DNA of 64,000 nt from Bacillales bacterium UBA6449 (GCA_002437105.1 DJOB01000004.1:43082-107081); one strand, 5' to 3'. Counted from the first letter of the stretch, positions 1 through 9,897 are shown. The notes: a model not told the origin generated them from the letters alone. Translations and numbers: made by a program.

Positions 1-242
1 GCCATGATGTCGCGCGCGGCATTGCGTCCCTTGCTGCGGCTGAGCTGGTAACCGTGCTCGCGCGCCCAGATATCCTTGTAGGCCTTGAGCAGGGAGCTCT
101 TGATGATCTCCTTGGTGGTGGAGGGGTCGATGTGGAAATCCTGAGAGATGCCCATCGCGGCTGAATTGAGAGCCTTGATGTCGATCTTCAGATCCCAGTT
201 GGAGGTGGGAAGGGGTTTGTTTGCAGTAGTCTTCTTAGGCAT
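1..242 (-). CDS. nusA: Transcription termination/antitermination factor NusA, N-terminal part only (truncated by the window edge; start at 242, or alternatively 251)
   Basis: The reverse-strand translation from the ATG at 242 reads MPKKTTANKPLPTSNWDLKIDIKALNSAAMGISQDFHIDPSTTKEIIKSSLLKAYKDIWAREHGYQ... and runs to position 1 without a stop. This resembles the NusA N-terminal domain. It lies directly downstream of rimP, which is the canonical rimP-nusA order. It is absent from the ORF track because it has no in-window stop. Confidence 0.5.
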   Translation of the reverse strand, partial: MPKKTTANKPLPTSNWDLKIDIKALNSAAMGISQDFHIDPSTTKEIIKSSLLKAYKDIWAREHGYQLSRSKGRNAARDIM

Positions 243-300
243 TTTGTGCATTCCTTTCAGTATTGATCTTCTCTCGGTGAAGCATCATGAAATTCGCTCA

Positions 301-765
301 TCAGATATGTACTTTGAAACGGCAGTGGAGGATGCTCTCGTAGGGCAGGCGGTACATCTTTCGGCGCCCCTTGATGAAGCGCTTGAGGACCAGGGTCTGA
401 CCGTCGAAGCTCTCGATGGTGCCCTCCGCCTTCTCGCCCTGGGGAAGAGCGGTGGATTCGACCTCGATGTAGCGGTCTAGAACCTTGGGGATATCCTCCT
501 TGGGAAACTCCCGCTCGGCGCCGGGCGAAGCGACATCCAGCGTATAGGGCGTAGAGAGCTCGGGCAGCTTGTCCAGCTCCTCCCCCAGCTTCTGGGAGTA
601 GGCTTCGACATCGTCTAGACCGATGCGGTAGTCCTTGTCGATGCAGACTTCCAGAAACTCGGTCTGTCCCTCTCTGTAGGCGCGGATGGAATAGAACTGG
701 TATCCCATCTCCTCTGCAGTCTTTCTAGCTGCCTTCTCGGCAGCCGAGAGCGCTGTCTTCTCCAT
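301..765 (-). CDS. rimP: Ribosome maturation factor RimP
   Basis: The ORF is 301..927; the internal ATG at 765 is preceded by GGAGG. Product from MEKTALSAAEKAARKTAEEMGYQFYSIRAYREGQTEFLEVCIDKD...LDVASPGAEREF has a RimP-like N-terminus and the SPG..ER motif. It lies upstream of nusA. Confidence 0.8.
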   Translation of the reverse strand: MEKTALSAAEKAARKTAEEMGYQFYSIRAYREGQTEFLEVCIDKDYRIGLDDVEAYSQKLGEELDKLPELSTPYTLDVASPGAEREFPKEDIPKVLDRYIEVESTALPQGEKAEGTIESFDGQTLVLKRFIKGRRKMYRLPYESILHCRFKVHI

Positions 766-923
766 TCTCAACCTCCGTGAAAGCAAAGGGCGAGCCATCA
801 GGCCCGCCCTAAACTTTCGATTTAGTGCATATTCCGCTGAACGGAACAAGGAAAATATATCACAAATCCCTTTGTAGTAATAACTTTTTTCCTGGATTAG
901 TGGATGAATCCGCTCTCTAAAGG

Positions 924-2720
924 TCACTGGTACTGGCTGGTGTAGATGCGGTAGTAGACTCCTCTCTTCCGCATCAGCTCGTCGTGGGTTCCAATCTCGA
1001 CCACCCGGCCCTGATCCAGGACCGCGATAGCGTCCGAATCGATGATGGTCTGCAGCCGGTGAGCTATGACGATCGTCGTGCGGTTGGTGGACAGTTCCGC
1101 GATGGCGGCGGTGATGTTCTTTTCGCTCACCGCATCCAGGCTCGAAGTAGCTTCGTCGAGGATGATCATCTGGGGATTCATCAGCAGGACTCGGGCGATC
1201 GAGATGAGCTGCTTCTCGCCCTCGGAGAGGCCGGAGCTCTGTGATATCGGGGTCGAATAGCCCTGAGGCAGGCGGCGAATGAAGCTGTCGGCCTGAGCTC
1301 TTTTAGCCGCGTTTTCCACCTCTTGATCGGAGGCGTCAGGATCGGCGTAAGCGATGTTCTCCCGGACGGTGCCGGAGAAGATCCAGGTGTCTTGTAGGAC
1401 CATGCCGAAGCGGCTTCGGACCGAGCTCCTCGACATGTTCTGGACATCCTGCCCGTTCATGAGGATCTGTCCGTGGCGCGGATCGTAGAAGCGGAGGAGC
1501 AGATTTATCAAGGTGGTCTTGCCGCAGCCGGTGGAACCGACGATGGCGACGCGGTGACCCGCGAAGACCTGGAGGTTCAGATCCTTTAGGACCGTCTGTT
1601 CCGGCTCATAGCCGAACTCGATGTGCTTGAACTCGATCGTTCCGGGATCGAGCGGGGCCGCGATCTGCTGCGATCCCGCGTCGCTCTCTCCAGGCTGTGA
1701 CAAAAGGTCGTCGATCCTGTGGAGGGAGGCCTGCGCATTCTGGGATTCGGTCGCCACCGAGGAGATATCGTTGAAGGGCTTGGCGAATTTGAGCGCGAAG
1801 GAGAGGAAGGTGTTGAGTCGACCGATGGTCAGGGCGGCACCCAGCGGGGCGAGGGAGGGCTGGAACACCAGGATCACCACGCCGGCGATGCCGATGCACG
1901 CGTAGACGATATTGTTGACCAATCTGGTCGTCGGATTGGTCCAGGAGGAGAAGAACTGCGCCTTCTGTCCCTGGACGTAGAGCTTCTGATCGATGGCGGC
2001 GAAGGAGTCGTAGGACTCGCTCTGGATCCCCAGCGCGCGGACGGCGCGATAGTTTCTCACCCGCTCCAGGGTGCAGCCGGCGAGTTCGCCGGCGAGCTGG
2101 GCCTGGGATTTGAAGTACTTGCGCGAGTGGGTCGCCACGGACCTGGCGATGAGGAACGAGAGAGGGGAGAGGATCAGGACGATGGTGGCCAGAAGCCAGT
2201 TGAGGCCGTACATGAAGGCGAGGGTGAACACCAGGGTGAAGATACCTTCGATCAGGGTCTTGAAGATGGCGGTCAGACCCGCCATCACGTTCTCGGTGTC
2301 GACGGTGGCTAGCGAGAGCATATCGCCGTGGGGGCGGGAGTCGATGTACTTGATCGTCAGGTTGCTCATCTTCGTGAAGACGCGGTCGCGGATATCCTTG
2401 ACGACGCTCTGGGTCAGGACGTTGGTCAGGTACTCGAAGAGGAACTGGCAGATTCCCGAGCCGATCGTCAACCCGCCCATGAGTCCGATCAGGATCCAGA
2501 AGTGCTGGCGGGAGGCCAGGAGGTTCTCGCTGTTCGCCTGCAGCTCTCCCAGCGCGAGGTCGAGCGCGCTGCCCATCACCACCGAGATGCTGAGGAGGGC
2601 GATGATGTAGATCATGGCGAAGATGATCACGGCGATGGAGATGCCTTTTCTCTTCTTGACGAGCGGCCAAATGCTGCGCATCCAGGTCATGCTGTTCTTG
2701 AATCTGTGCTGAGCGGTCAT
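924..2720 (-). CDS. ABC exporter, fused permease/ATPase half-transporter (subunit 2 of a heterodimeric pair)
   Basis: The 598-aa product has an N-terminal 6-TM domain, Walker A GSTGCGKTT and signature LSEGEKQLISIARVLL...IILDEATSSLD. Its start overlaps the upstream ABC gene stop as ATGA at 2717-2720. Confidence 0.85.
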   Translation of the reverse strand: MTAQHRFKNSMTWMRSIWPLVKKRKGISIAVIIFAMIYIIALLSISVVMGSALDLALGELQANSENLLASRQHFWILIGLMGGLTIGSGICQFLFEYLTNVLTQSVVKDIRDRVFTKMSNLTIKYIDSRPHGDMLSLATVDTENVMAGLTAIFKTLIEGIFTLVFTLAFMYGLNWLLATIVLILSPLSFLIARSVATHSRKYFKSQAQLAGELAGCTLERVRNYRAVRALGIQSESYDSFAAIDQKLYVQGQKAQFFSSWTNPTTRLVNNIVYACIGIAGVVILVFQPSLAPLGAALTIGRLNTFLSFALKFAKPFNDISSVATESQNAQASLHRIDDLLSQPGESDAGSQQIAAPLDPGTIEFKHIEFGYEPEQTVLKDLNLQVFAGHRVAIVGSTGCGKTTLINLLLRFYDPRHGQILMNGQDVQNMSRSSVRSRFGMVLQDTWIFSGTVRENIAYADPDASDQEVENAAKRAQADSFIRRLPQGYSTPISQSSGLSEGEKQLISIARVLLMNPQMIILDEATSSLDAVSEKNITAAIAELSTNRTTIVIAHRLQTIIDSDAIAVLDQGRVVEIGTHDELMRKRGVYYRIYTSQYQ

Positions 2721-4537
2721 CGGGCGACTCCTTTCTGGACATCGCAGATGCGGGTGTAGATCGGCGAGCGACCGTAGAGGTCGGTGGGGCTTCCGATGCT
2801 CTCCACTCTGCCTTCATCAAGCACGACGATGCGATCGCAGCCCTGGAGGGAGGAGACGCGCTCGGAGACGATGATCTGCGTCAGGGCGGGTCCCAGCGAG
2901 CGGAGGTTGTCCCGCAGGCGGCGCTCCGAGAGGAAGTCCAGCGCCGAGAAGGAGTCGTCCAGGATGATGATCTGCGGGTGGCGCACCAGCGCCATCGCGA
3001 TGGCCAACCGCTGGCGCTGACCGCCGGAGAGGTCCTTTGCGCCCTCGTCGATCGGTCGCTCCAGCCCCTCGGGAGAGTCGAGGATGAAGTCGCACAGGGC
3101 CAGGCGCAGCGCCGCCTCCATATCCTGCTGGTCCGCCTTCGGATTGGCGAGGAGCAGGTTGGTGCGGACGGTGCCTTTGAAGACCTGGGGTCGCTGCGGC
3201 ACGTAGCCGATCTCGGAGTAGAGGCCATCGAGCGAGTACTGGGAGAGGGGGGCACCGCGATAGTCGATGGTGCCGCGGGTCGGATCGTAGAAGCGGAGCA
3301 GCAGGTTCAAGAGGGTGGTCTTGCCCGCTCCCGTTCCGCCGATGATGCCGATCCTCTCACCCTTGCGGATCGTCAGATCGACCCCGCTGAGGGCGGGCAT
3401 CTCGCTGTCCGAATAGGAGAGCGAGCAGTTCGAGAGCTGGTAGAGAGGAGCACCGCGAGGCGTCGAGATATTCGTCCGCGTCCCTTCGTCCTTCATGCTG
3501 GGTGCGAGCGCCAGAAAGGCGTTGCACCGTCTGATGGAGGAGAGCGAGCGGTTGAAGACGATGATGATGTTGGTGACGACGGTGACCGCCTGCAGGATCT
3601 GGTTCAGATAGTTGACCAGCGCGATGATCCGCCCGTTCTCATCGGCGATCATCTGGGTGGTGGCATCGGGATTGTAGAGTCCGACCAATCCGCCCAGGGC
3701 GACCAGGATGACGATAGCCACGTTGATGATGACGGTGGTGATGGGGTTGGTGATCGAGGTCAGCTTGGCGATCCGCAGCGAATCGTCCATGTATCCCTGG
3801 GATTCCTTCTTGAACTTCTTGACCTCGTAGTCCTCGCGGTTGAAGGCGCGGATGACGCGCGCACCCTGCAGGCTGTCATCGGCCTGCTGCGAGAGGGTGT
3901 CGATCCGCTTCTGGACCCGGCCGTACTCCCGGGCGGTCTTCGGGAGGATGGTGAAGAGGAAGGCGAAGAGGAGGATGGCGATGCCCAGGAAGATGAGTCC
4001 AGAGCGCCAGTCTAAAATGATTGAAGCGATGATCGCTCCGATCACGAGAAAGGGGGCACGAAAGGCGAGCCTGATGAGGTTGGCGGCTCCGCTCTGTATC
4101 TGGTTGGTATCGTTGGTGATGAGGTTGGTAACCTCTCCTAACCCATATTTATTCAGATCGGAGGGAGATAGTTTAAGCGCGTGCTTAAAGAGCCGGTTCC
4201 TCAGGTCGGTCCCGGTTCCCTGGGAGGCGATCGAGGACATGTACTGGCAGACCAGCGTGGAGGAGAAACCGAGGATGGCCATGATCAGCATGCCGCCGGC
4301 GCAGAGTCCGATCACGCGCCAGTCCGCCCCGTTCACCACTCCGGTGTCGGAGTAGCTTAGGCCGCGCGAGACGATGATCGACATCAGGACGGGGTTGAGG
4401 AGCTCGAAGATCGCTTCCCACAGCTTGAAGAAGGGACCGAGGATATACAGCTTCAGATACTTTTTAGCGGAGGTGCCGACGGTGCCATCGACCGGCTTAC
4501 TTGCTGTCGGCGACGTGGTCTTCATCTTCGCTCTCAT
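2717..4537 (-). CDS. ABC exporter, fused permease/ATPase half-transporter (subunit 1 of a heterodimeric pair)
   Basis: The 606-aa product has a TM domain followed by an NBD with GGTGAGKTT and LSGGQRQRLAIAMALV...IILDDSFSALD. An alternative start lies at 4525. The 5' end overlaps the DUF1292 gene by 29-41 nt. Confidence 0.85.
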   Translation of the reverse strand: MRAKMKTTSPTASKPVDGTVGTSAKKYLKLYILGPFFKLWEAIFELLNPVLMSIIVSRGLSYSDTGVVNGADWRVIGLCAGGMLIMAILGFSSTLVCQYMSSIASQGTGTDLRNRLFKHALKLSPSDLNKYGLGEVTNLITNDTNQIQSGAANLIRLAFRAPFLVIGAIIASIILDWRSGLIFLGIAILLFAFLFTILPKTAREYGRVQKRIDTLSQQADDSLQGARVIRAFNREDYEVKKFKKESQGYMDDSLRIAKLTSITNPITTVIINVAIVILVALGGLVGLYNPDATTQMIADENGRIIALVNYLNQILQAVTVVTNIIIVFNRSLSSIRRCNAFLALAPSMKDEGTRTNISTPRGAPLYQLSNCSLSYSDSEMPALSGVDLTIRKGERIGIIGGTGAGKTTLLNLLLRFYDPTRGTIDYRGAPLSQYSLDGLYSEIGYVPQRPQVFKGTVRTNLLLANPKADQQDMEAALRLALCDFILDSPEGLERPIDEGAKDLSGGQRQRLAIAMALVRHPQIIILDDSFSALDFLSERRLRDNLRSLGPALTQIIVSERVSSLQGCDRIVVLDEGRVESIGSPTDLYGRSPIYTRICDVQKGVAR

Positions 4538-4886
4538 CGTGGGTCAGCTCCCCCTTGTTGTAGGCATCGAGATACTTGACGACCGATTCGAAGTAGGGTG
4601 AGTGCTCGTCGACCACCTGGAGCTCTTCCTGGGTGGGATTGTTGTTCTCATCGATAGCCGTCGCGAGAGCCATGACCTGATCCGGTCCCTGCTCCACGAA
4701 GATGTACGAAGCGGAATTCTTCTTGTCCAGCACGGAGAAGATAACTTTGAGCTGGTGCTTCTTTCCTTGGTCGTCGTAGACATCGATGTACGTGTCCTCA
4801 GGCCTCTCGGTCTGAAGGTCGCCAGCGGGGGTATCCAGCACCAGTCCGTCGGTGCTGGCTTCTCTGTTCTTCTCGATCTCTGCCAT
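4497..4886 (-). CDS. DUF1292 (YrzB-like) acidic protein
   Basis: The 129-aa acidic product with IDVYDDQGKKHQLKVIFSVLDKKNSASYIFVE...EELQVVDEHSPYFESVVKYL matches the DUF1292 pattern. Its position right after ruvX matches the Firmicute alaS-ruvX-yrzB order. Confidence 0.65.
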   Translation of the reverse strand: MAEIEKNREASTDGLVLDTPAGDLQTERPEDTYIDVYDDQGKKHQLKVIFSVLDKKNSASYIFVEQGPDQVMALATAIDENNNPTQEELQVVDEHSPYFESVVKYLDAYNKGELTHDESEDEDHVADSK

Positions 4887-4901
4887 CTGCGATTCTCCTT
4901 T

Positions 4902-5354
4902 CTATCTCCAGATGTCGTATCCGTGATCGCCGAGCCAGCGGGTCAGAATCACCTCCGCTGCCGCTCGATCGATCATGGGTTTCTGCTTCTTGGCGTTCAG
5001 GCCGAGCTCGTGCAGGTTGGCGGCGGCCTCGAGGGTCGAGCCCTGCTCGTCCTGCAGCTGGATCTCGACGCGGTTCAATCCGGCTCGATCCAGCTGGGTG
5101 CGGAGCACCTTAGCGAACTCTTCGGCTACGAAGGTCATCTCGGTGGGATCGCCGGAGGGGTAGCAGGGACGACCGAGGACGATCGTTCCGACCATCTCCT
5201 TCTCAGCCAGCTTGACTACCGCAGTGTAGGCGGAGGCGAACTGGCCGCGGGGGAAGTGTAGATTGGCGAGTCCCGTCACCAGGTGACCGGAGCGCGACAC
5301 GGCTATCCCTAGGGTATTGAGACCCAGATCGAGTCCCAGCACCGGTTTGAACAT
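4902..5354 (-). CDS. ruvX: Holliday junction resolvase-like protein RuvX/YqgF
   Basis: N-terminus MFKPVLGLDLGLNTLGIAVS with an RNase H-like YqgF fold signature. It overlaps the alaS stop by 1 nt. Confidence 0.85.
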   Translation of the reverse strand: MFKPVLGLDLGLNTLGIAVSRSGHLVTGLANLHFPRGQFASAYTAVVKLAEKEMVGTIVLGRPCYPSGDPTEMTFVAEEFAKVLRTQLDRAGLNRVEIQLQDEQGSTLEAAANLHELGLNAKKQKPMIDRAAAEVILTRWLGDHGYDIWR

Positions 5355-7978
5355 CAGGCGAGGATCTCCGCGATGACCTTCAGAACCTGATCCTTATCAG
5401 CGTTCTTCCTGCCGGCTCCGAAAGCGATGTTGGGACGGCCACCGCCGTTTCCACCGAACAGGGGAGCGATCTTCTTGACGATGTCTCCCGCCCGGTGTCC
5501 CTGAGCGATGACGTCCTTGCCCAGAGAGACACCGAAGTTGAGGCGTCCCTCGTCGCTGGTGCTGATCAGGATGCTGACCGCGTCCTTCTCCCGGTTGGCG
5601 ATGTCGGTGAGGATGGTGTTCATCTGGTCGTGATCCATCCTGTCGATGGTGGCTAGGTGGACGGGGTGGTTGTTGATCGTGGTGAGGGAGGCGAGGACCT
5701 CGCGGGTCGCGCTCTCGCTGATCCTATTCTTCAGCTCCTTGATGGAGTGCTGGAGAGCGGAGATCCGATCGGCGATGGACTTGACCTTAGCCTCGCAGTC
5801 GGCCGGAGTGACATCGAGGGATTCGGACATGCGACCGATGGTCTTTCTGAAGGACTTGAGGTACTGATAGGCGTCCTCGCCGGTGACGGCGACGATCCTC
5901 CTGACTCCAGCGGAGATCGCGGACTCCGAGACGATGGTGAAGACGTTGATGTCCTCGGTATTGCTGACGTGGGTACCGCCGCAGAACTCCTCGGCGTTAC
6001 CCATCTTGACGACGCGCACGGTGGCGCCGTACTTGTTGGCGAACTGGTGGTAGGCGGGCAGCTTCATCGCCTCCGCCTTGTCCATGTAGATCACCTCGCA
6101 GGGGGTGTGAGCCTGGATGCGCGCGTTGACGTTCTCCTCGATCAGATCGAGCTCATCGTCGGTCAGCTTGCGATCCCAAGCGAAGTCCAGCCTGCAGATG
6201 TGGGGACCCACCACGGATCCCTCCTGGGGTATGGGAGCGGTGTTGTTGTTGAGCACGTCGGCGAGCGCCTGGTGCAGCAGGTGGCAGGCGGAGTGGTTCT
6301 TCCTGGTCAGCGCACGGGTGGCGAAGTCGGGCTTCAGAGTGAAGACATCGCCCTCCTTGATGGTGCCGAATAGGATCTTGACTTTGTGCAGGTTCTGGCG
6401 GTTGGGCGCGTGCTGGCAGTCGGTCACCTCGGCCTGGGTGGTGCTGTTCTCGATCGTTCCCTGATCGGCGATTTGACCACCCTGCTCGGCGTAGAAGTTG
6501 GTGTGGTCGAACGCGACCCAACCTTCGTCGTCGAGCGAGTCGACTCTCTTGCCGTCCTTGAACAGACCGATGACCTTGCCCTGGATGATCTTGTCATCGT
6601 AGGTGAAATCGGAAGGAGTGTTGAACTCCATCAGGTCCTTGTGCTGCGAGCCGTAGGTGATGATGCCCTGAGCGGCACGGGCCTTTCTTGCCTTCTCCTT
6701 CTGCTCCTCCAGCAGCTTCTCGAAGCCTTTCTCATCCACCTTCTTACCGGCATCGTGGCAGATCTCCTCGGTCAGTTCGAAGGGGAAGCCATAGGTATCG
6801 GAGAGCTTGAACGCATCCGCGGCGGACAGGGTGTCGCCGGGCTTGGCGATCATCTCGTTGAGCATGGCCTCACCTCTCTTCAGAGTGGAAGCGAAGCGGG
6901 TCTCCTCGGCGGAGATCATGCGGGTGACCTTCTCCTGCTTGTCTTTCAGGTAGGGATAGAAGTGGTCGTTGGTCTTGACGATGTAGGGGACGAGATCAGC
7001 GATGGTGGTGGAGGGCAGACCGAGCTTTTTGGCGAACCGGTCGGCTCTTCTCAGGATTCTTCTCAGGACGTAACCGCGTCCCTCGTTGGAGAACACTGCG
7101 CCATCGGCCAGGGCGAAGACCAGGCAGCGCGTGTGGTCGGCGATGACTCGGTAGGCCATCTTGTACTCGCCTTCGTAGGGCTGACCGGACAGATGCATCA
7201 GGTGGTCGATGATGGGCTTGAAGGTGTCGATCTCGAAGTTGGATTCCGTGCCCTGCATGATGCAGGCGAACCGCTCCAGAGAGGCGCCGGTATCGATGTT
7301 CTTGTGGGGCAGCTCGGGATAGTCTTCCCGCTTCAGTCCAGGCTTGGAGTTATACTGCGAGAACACGATGTTCCAGAGCTCGATGTACCGGTCGTTCTCG
7401 ATGTCATCCTGCAGCAGCTTGACGCCGATGTGCTTGGGATCGTACTTCTCGCCGCGATCGAAGTTGATCTCGGTATCGGGACCGCAGGGTCCTTCACCGA
7501 TCTCCCAGAAGTTCTCCTTCGAAGGGATCATGTGGTCGGCGGGGATGCCGCACTTCACCCACAGGTCGTGGGTAGCCTTGTCGTCGGGATAGTAGGTGAC
7601 GTACAGTTTGTCCACCGGGAGATCAAACCACTCAGGAGAGGTCAGAAGCTCGTAGGCCCAGGGGATCACCTCGTTACGGAAATAGTCTCCGATGGAGAAG
7701 TTTCCGAGCATCTCGAAGAAGGTGTGGTGACGGTCGGTGCGACCGACATTCTCGATATCGTTGGTCCTGATCGACTTCTGAGCGTTGGTGATTCTCCGGT
7801 GCGGAGGAGTCATACGTCCATCGAAGTACTTCTTCAGGGCCGCGACTCCAGCGTTGATGAAAAGCAGCGAAGGATCGTTGTCGGGAATCAGGGAGGCAGA
7901 GGGCTCGATATAGTGTCCCTTGCTCTTGAAGAATTCTAGCCACATGTCGCGAATCTGGTCTACGGTCATTCTCTTCAT
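5354..7978 (-). CDS. alaS: Alanine--tRNA ligase
   Basis: 874 aa. N-terminus MKRMTVDQIRDMWLEFFKSKGHYIEPSASLIPDNDPSLLFINAGV and the class II AlaRS catalytic, editing and C-terminal domains are recognisable. Confidence 0.95.
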   Translation of the reverse strand: MKRMTVDQIRDMWLEFFKSKGHYIEPSASLIPDNDPSLLFINAGVAALKKYFDGRMTPPHRRITNAQKSIRTNDIENVGRTDRHHTFFEMLGNFSIGDYFRNEVIPWAYELLTSPEWFDLPVDKLYVTYYPDDKATHDLWVKCGIPADHMIPSKENFWEIGEGPCGPDTEINFDRGEKYDPKHIGVKLLQDDIENDRYIELWNIVFSQYNSKPGLKREDYPELPHKNIDTGASLERFACIMQGTESNFEIDTFKPIIDHLMHLSGQPYEGEYKMAYRVIADHTRCLVFALADGAVFSNEGRGYVLRRILRRADRFAKKLGLPSTTIADLVPYIVKTNDHFYPYLKDKQEKVTRMISAEETRFASTLKRGEAMLNEMIAKPGDTLSAADAFKLSDTYGFPFELTEEICHDAGKKVDEKGFEKLLEEQKEKARKARAAQGIITYGSQHKDLMEFNTPSDFTYDDKIIQGKVIGLFKDGKRVDSLDDEGWVAFDHTNFYAEQGGQIADQGTIENSTTQAEVTDCQHAPNRQNLHKVKILFGTIKEGDVFTLKPDFATRALTRKNHSACHLLHQALADVLNNNTAPIPQEGSVVGPHICRLDFAWDRKLTDDELDLIEENVNARIQAHTPCEVIYMDKAEAMKLPAYHQFANKYGATVRVVKMGNAEEFCGGTHVSNTEDINVFTIVSESAISAGVRRIVAVTGEDAYQYLKSFRKTIGRMSESLDVTPADCEAKVKSIADRISALQHSIKELKNRISESATREVLASLTTINNHPVHLATIDRMDHDQMNTILTDIANREKDAVSILISTSDEGRLNFGVSLGKDVIAQGHRAGDIVKKIAPLFGGNGGGRPNIAFGAGRKNADKDQVLKVIAEILA

Positions 7979-8074
7979 AGAATCATGTTCTCCTTAAGTC
8001 TGTGTGTGGAGCATTGAAAAGCCTGCCCACGGAGCCGTGTAATTATAAATCTTTAATATGCGCGTGTGCGCGCG

Positions 8075-8110
8075 AAAAAAATCCGTATCGTCCAGCTGGG
8101 CGACACGGAT
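8075..8110 (-). terminator. Intrinsic terminator downstream of trmD, upstream of the alaS promoter
   Basis: On the minus strand: hairpin ATCCGTGTCG-CCCAGCTGGA-CGATACGGAT followed by TTTTTTT. Confidence 0.5.
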
Positions 8111-8216
8111 ACCTGCGTACGAGTCCGGCTGAGCCGCGGCCCGCAGACGCAGAATCCGGGCAGACACCGGTTATTTTTAGAGTTGAAGTCTCCACTCGTC
8201 CGCAGTGGCCAGGAGC

Positions 8217-8945
8217 CTACTTCCGGGATGCTTTCAGCTTGGCTAGAGCGGTGAGCTCCTCCTTGGTCCAGACCTTCTTGCGGAGCAGATCGGGGCGCTT
8301 GTCGATAGTCTCCTCCAGGGCTCGCTCGAGGTGAAATTCTCTCACCTGCTCGTGATCTCCGGAGAATAGCACCTCAGGAATGGTATCTCCCTCATAGTCT
8401 TTAGGAAAAGTATATTGGGGATATTCTAGAAGGTCCGATCCGAAACTCTCTTCCTGGGTTGACTCCTCTGCGATCGCTCCGGGCAGAAGCCTCGTGATCG
8501 AGTCGGCGATGGCGGTGGCGGCGATCTCGCCTCCGGTCAGGATGAAGTCTCCGATGGAGATCAGCTCGTCTACCCGCTGGTCGAAGCGCGAATCGATGCC
8601 TTCGTAGTGACCGCAGATGAGGGTTATATCTTCAGGGAGGCTCGCTAGCCTGATGGCGTCCGGCTGTCGGTAGGTGTGACCCTTGGGCGACATCAGTATC
8701 TTGTGCGTCTCCATCAGGTGATTCTTTCTCAGACAGTCCATCACGGGCTCCATGCGCATGATGAGTCCCGCTCCTCCTCCTGAAGGACGGTCGTCGACCC
8801 GGTGGTTCCTATCCAGCGAGTAGTCCCTGATGTTGATGATATTGAACTTCACCGCGCCCTTGGCGATGGCTCGCTTCACGATCGAGTTGTCGAGAAAACC
8901 GGAGAAGAAGGATGGAAACAGGGTGAGGATGTTGATCGTCTTCAT
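8217..8945 (-). CDS. trmD: tRNA (guanine37-N1)-methyltransferase TrmD
   Basis: MKTINILTLFPSFFSGFLDNSIVKRA... with SPOUT/TrmD motifs. The ATG at 8945 overlaps the rimM stop as ATGA; the longer ORF start at 8954 is a GTG. Confidence 0.9.
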   Translation of the reverse strand: MKTINILTLFPSFFSGFLDNSIVKRAIAKGAVKFNIINIRDYSLDRNHRVDDRPSGGGAGLIMRMEPVMDCLRKNHLMETHKILMSPKGHTYRQPDAIRLASLPEDITLICGHYEGIDSRFDQRVDELISIGDFILTGGEIAATAIADSITRLLPGAIAEESTQEESFGSDLLEYPQYTFPKDYEGDTIPEVLFSGDHEQVREFHLERALEETIDKRPDLLRKKVWTKEELTALAKLKASRK

Positions 8946-9427
8946 AGGGTGCACTCGAAGCCGAGAGGCGTCAGGACGATCGTCCGGTTCGCGAGATCGG
9001 GAAGTTCGACGAAGCGCCCAGCCTGAAAGGGGATGAAGAGGCCGGAATCGAGAATCAGGTAGTCGATGTCGCCCATCTTCTGCACCTTCTTGACTTCACC
9101 GACCTTCTTCTTCTCGGGGGACAGCACGGTCAGGCCGATCAGGTCATCGACGAAATAGGTGCCTGGAAGCGGCTCGACATCCATGACGATATCCTTGCCG
9201 ATCAGCTTCTCAGCTTGGGAGATATCGTCTAGACCGACGAGCTTCACCTGGCCGGTGCCGCGGTTCTTCATCCGCAGCTTGCTGACTTTGAAGTCGCCGA
9301 TTCCCTTTATGGTTACGGTGTTGCCTTCCTTGAATCTGATCTCGGGGTGATCAGTCTCCATGTTGACCTTCAGCGATCCATCTAGACCGAAGGTGTTGGC
9401 TATGTGTCCGATTCTCTTGATAGGCAT
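8942..9427 (-). CDS. rimM: 16S rRNA processing protein RimM
   Basis: MPIKRIGHIANTFGLDGSLKV... with a PRC barrel C-terminus. Sits in the canonical rpsP-KH-rimM-trmD order. Confidence 0.85.
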   Translation of the reverse strand: MPIKRIGHIANTFGLDGSLKVNMETDHPEIRFKEGNTVTIKGIGDFKVSKLRMKNRGTGQVKLVGLDDISQAEKLIGKDIVMDVEPLPGTYFVDDLIGLTVLSPEKKKVGEVKKVQKMGDIDYLILDSGLFIPFQAGRFVELPDLANRTIVLTPLGFECTL

Positions 9428-9504
9428 CGCATACCTCCTGATATATGTGTCTTCGAGTGAAAATTCCGTGAATAGTATAAAGGGGGCAAGAGCCCCCAGT
9501 GCAA

Positions 9505-9783
9505 CTACCTGCTCTCCGGATTGGCCTTGAATATTATCGAGGCCTTCTTCCTGACGGGACGGAGCGCGACATTGACTATTGCTCTCAAGGAATCGGAGAT
9601 AGTTCCATTCCTTCCTAGAAGTCTGCCGAGATCATCCGGCCGACAGGTTATCAGGTAGGACTGTGCCTTCTTCTCATCGGAAGTCCTCTCGACCCTAAGT
9701 GAGTCTGGGTGTCTGACGAGAGGGGTGCAGATCTCCAAGAGCTTTTTCGATAGATCTACCGAATCGTTGATTCCTGAATACAT
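9505..9783 (-). CDS. KH-domain RNA-binding protein (YlqC-like)
   Basis: 92 aa with GRLLGRNGTISDSLRAIV, a KH GXXG-type motif. Lies between rpsP and rimM as in Firmicutes. Confidence 0.7.
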   Translation of the reverse strand: MYSGINDSVDLSKKLLEICTPLVRHPDSLRVERTSDEKKAQSYLITCRPDDLGRLLGRNGTISDSLRAIVNVALRPVRKKASIIFKANPESR

Positions 9784-9897
9784 CCTGCACCTCCGGGCTC
9801 CTGCCGCGTAAGAGTATAGACAATCCCAGTGCTATAGAAGCGGAGAAATAAAAAGAAAGAGAGCTGAAACCTCCAGCTCTCTCGATCGACTGTCGGA

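Noticed and set aside
148-480. 110-aa plus-strand ORF
   Set aside because: Antisense to the rimP 3' end and the nusA start; no RBS and no recognisable domain.
1606-2820. 404-aa Arg/Pro-rich minus-strand ORF, plus the 2978..4015 plus-strand ORF
   Set aside because: These are alternative or antisense frames inside the two ABC exporter genes. Composition is typical of out-of-frame GC-rich translation.
6386-7939. 517-aa plus-strand ORF
   Set aside because: Antisense to alaS.
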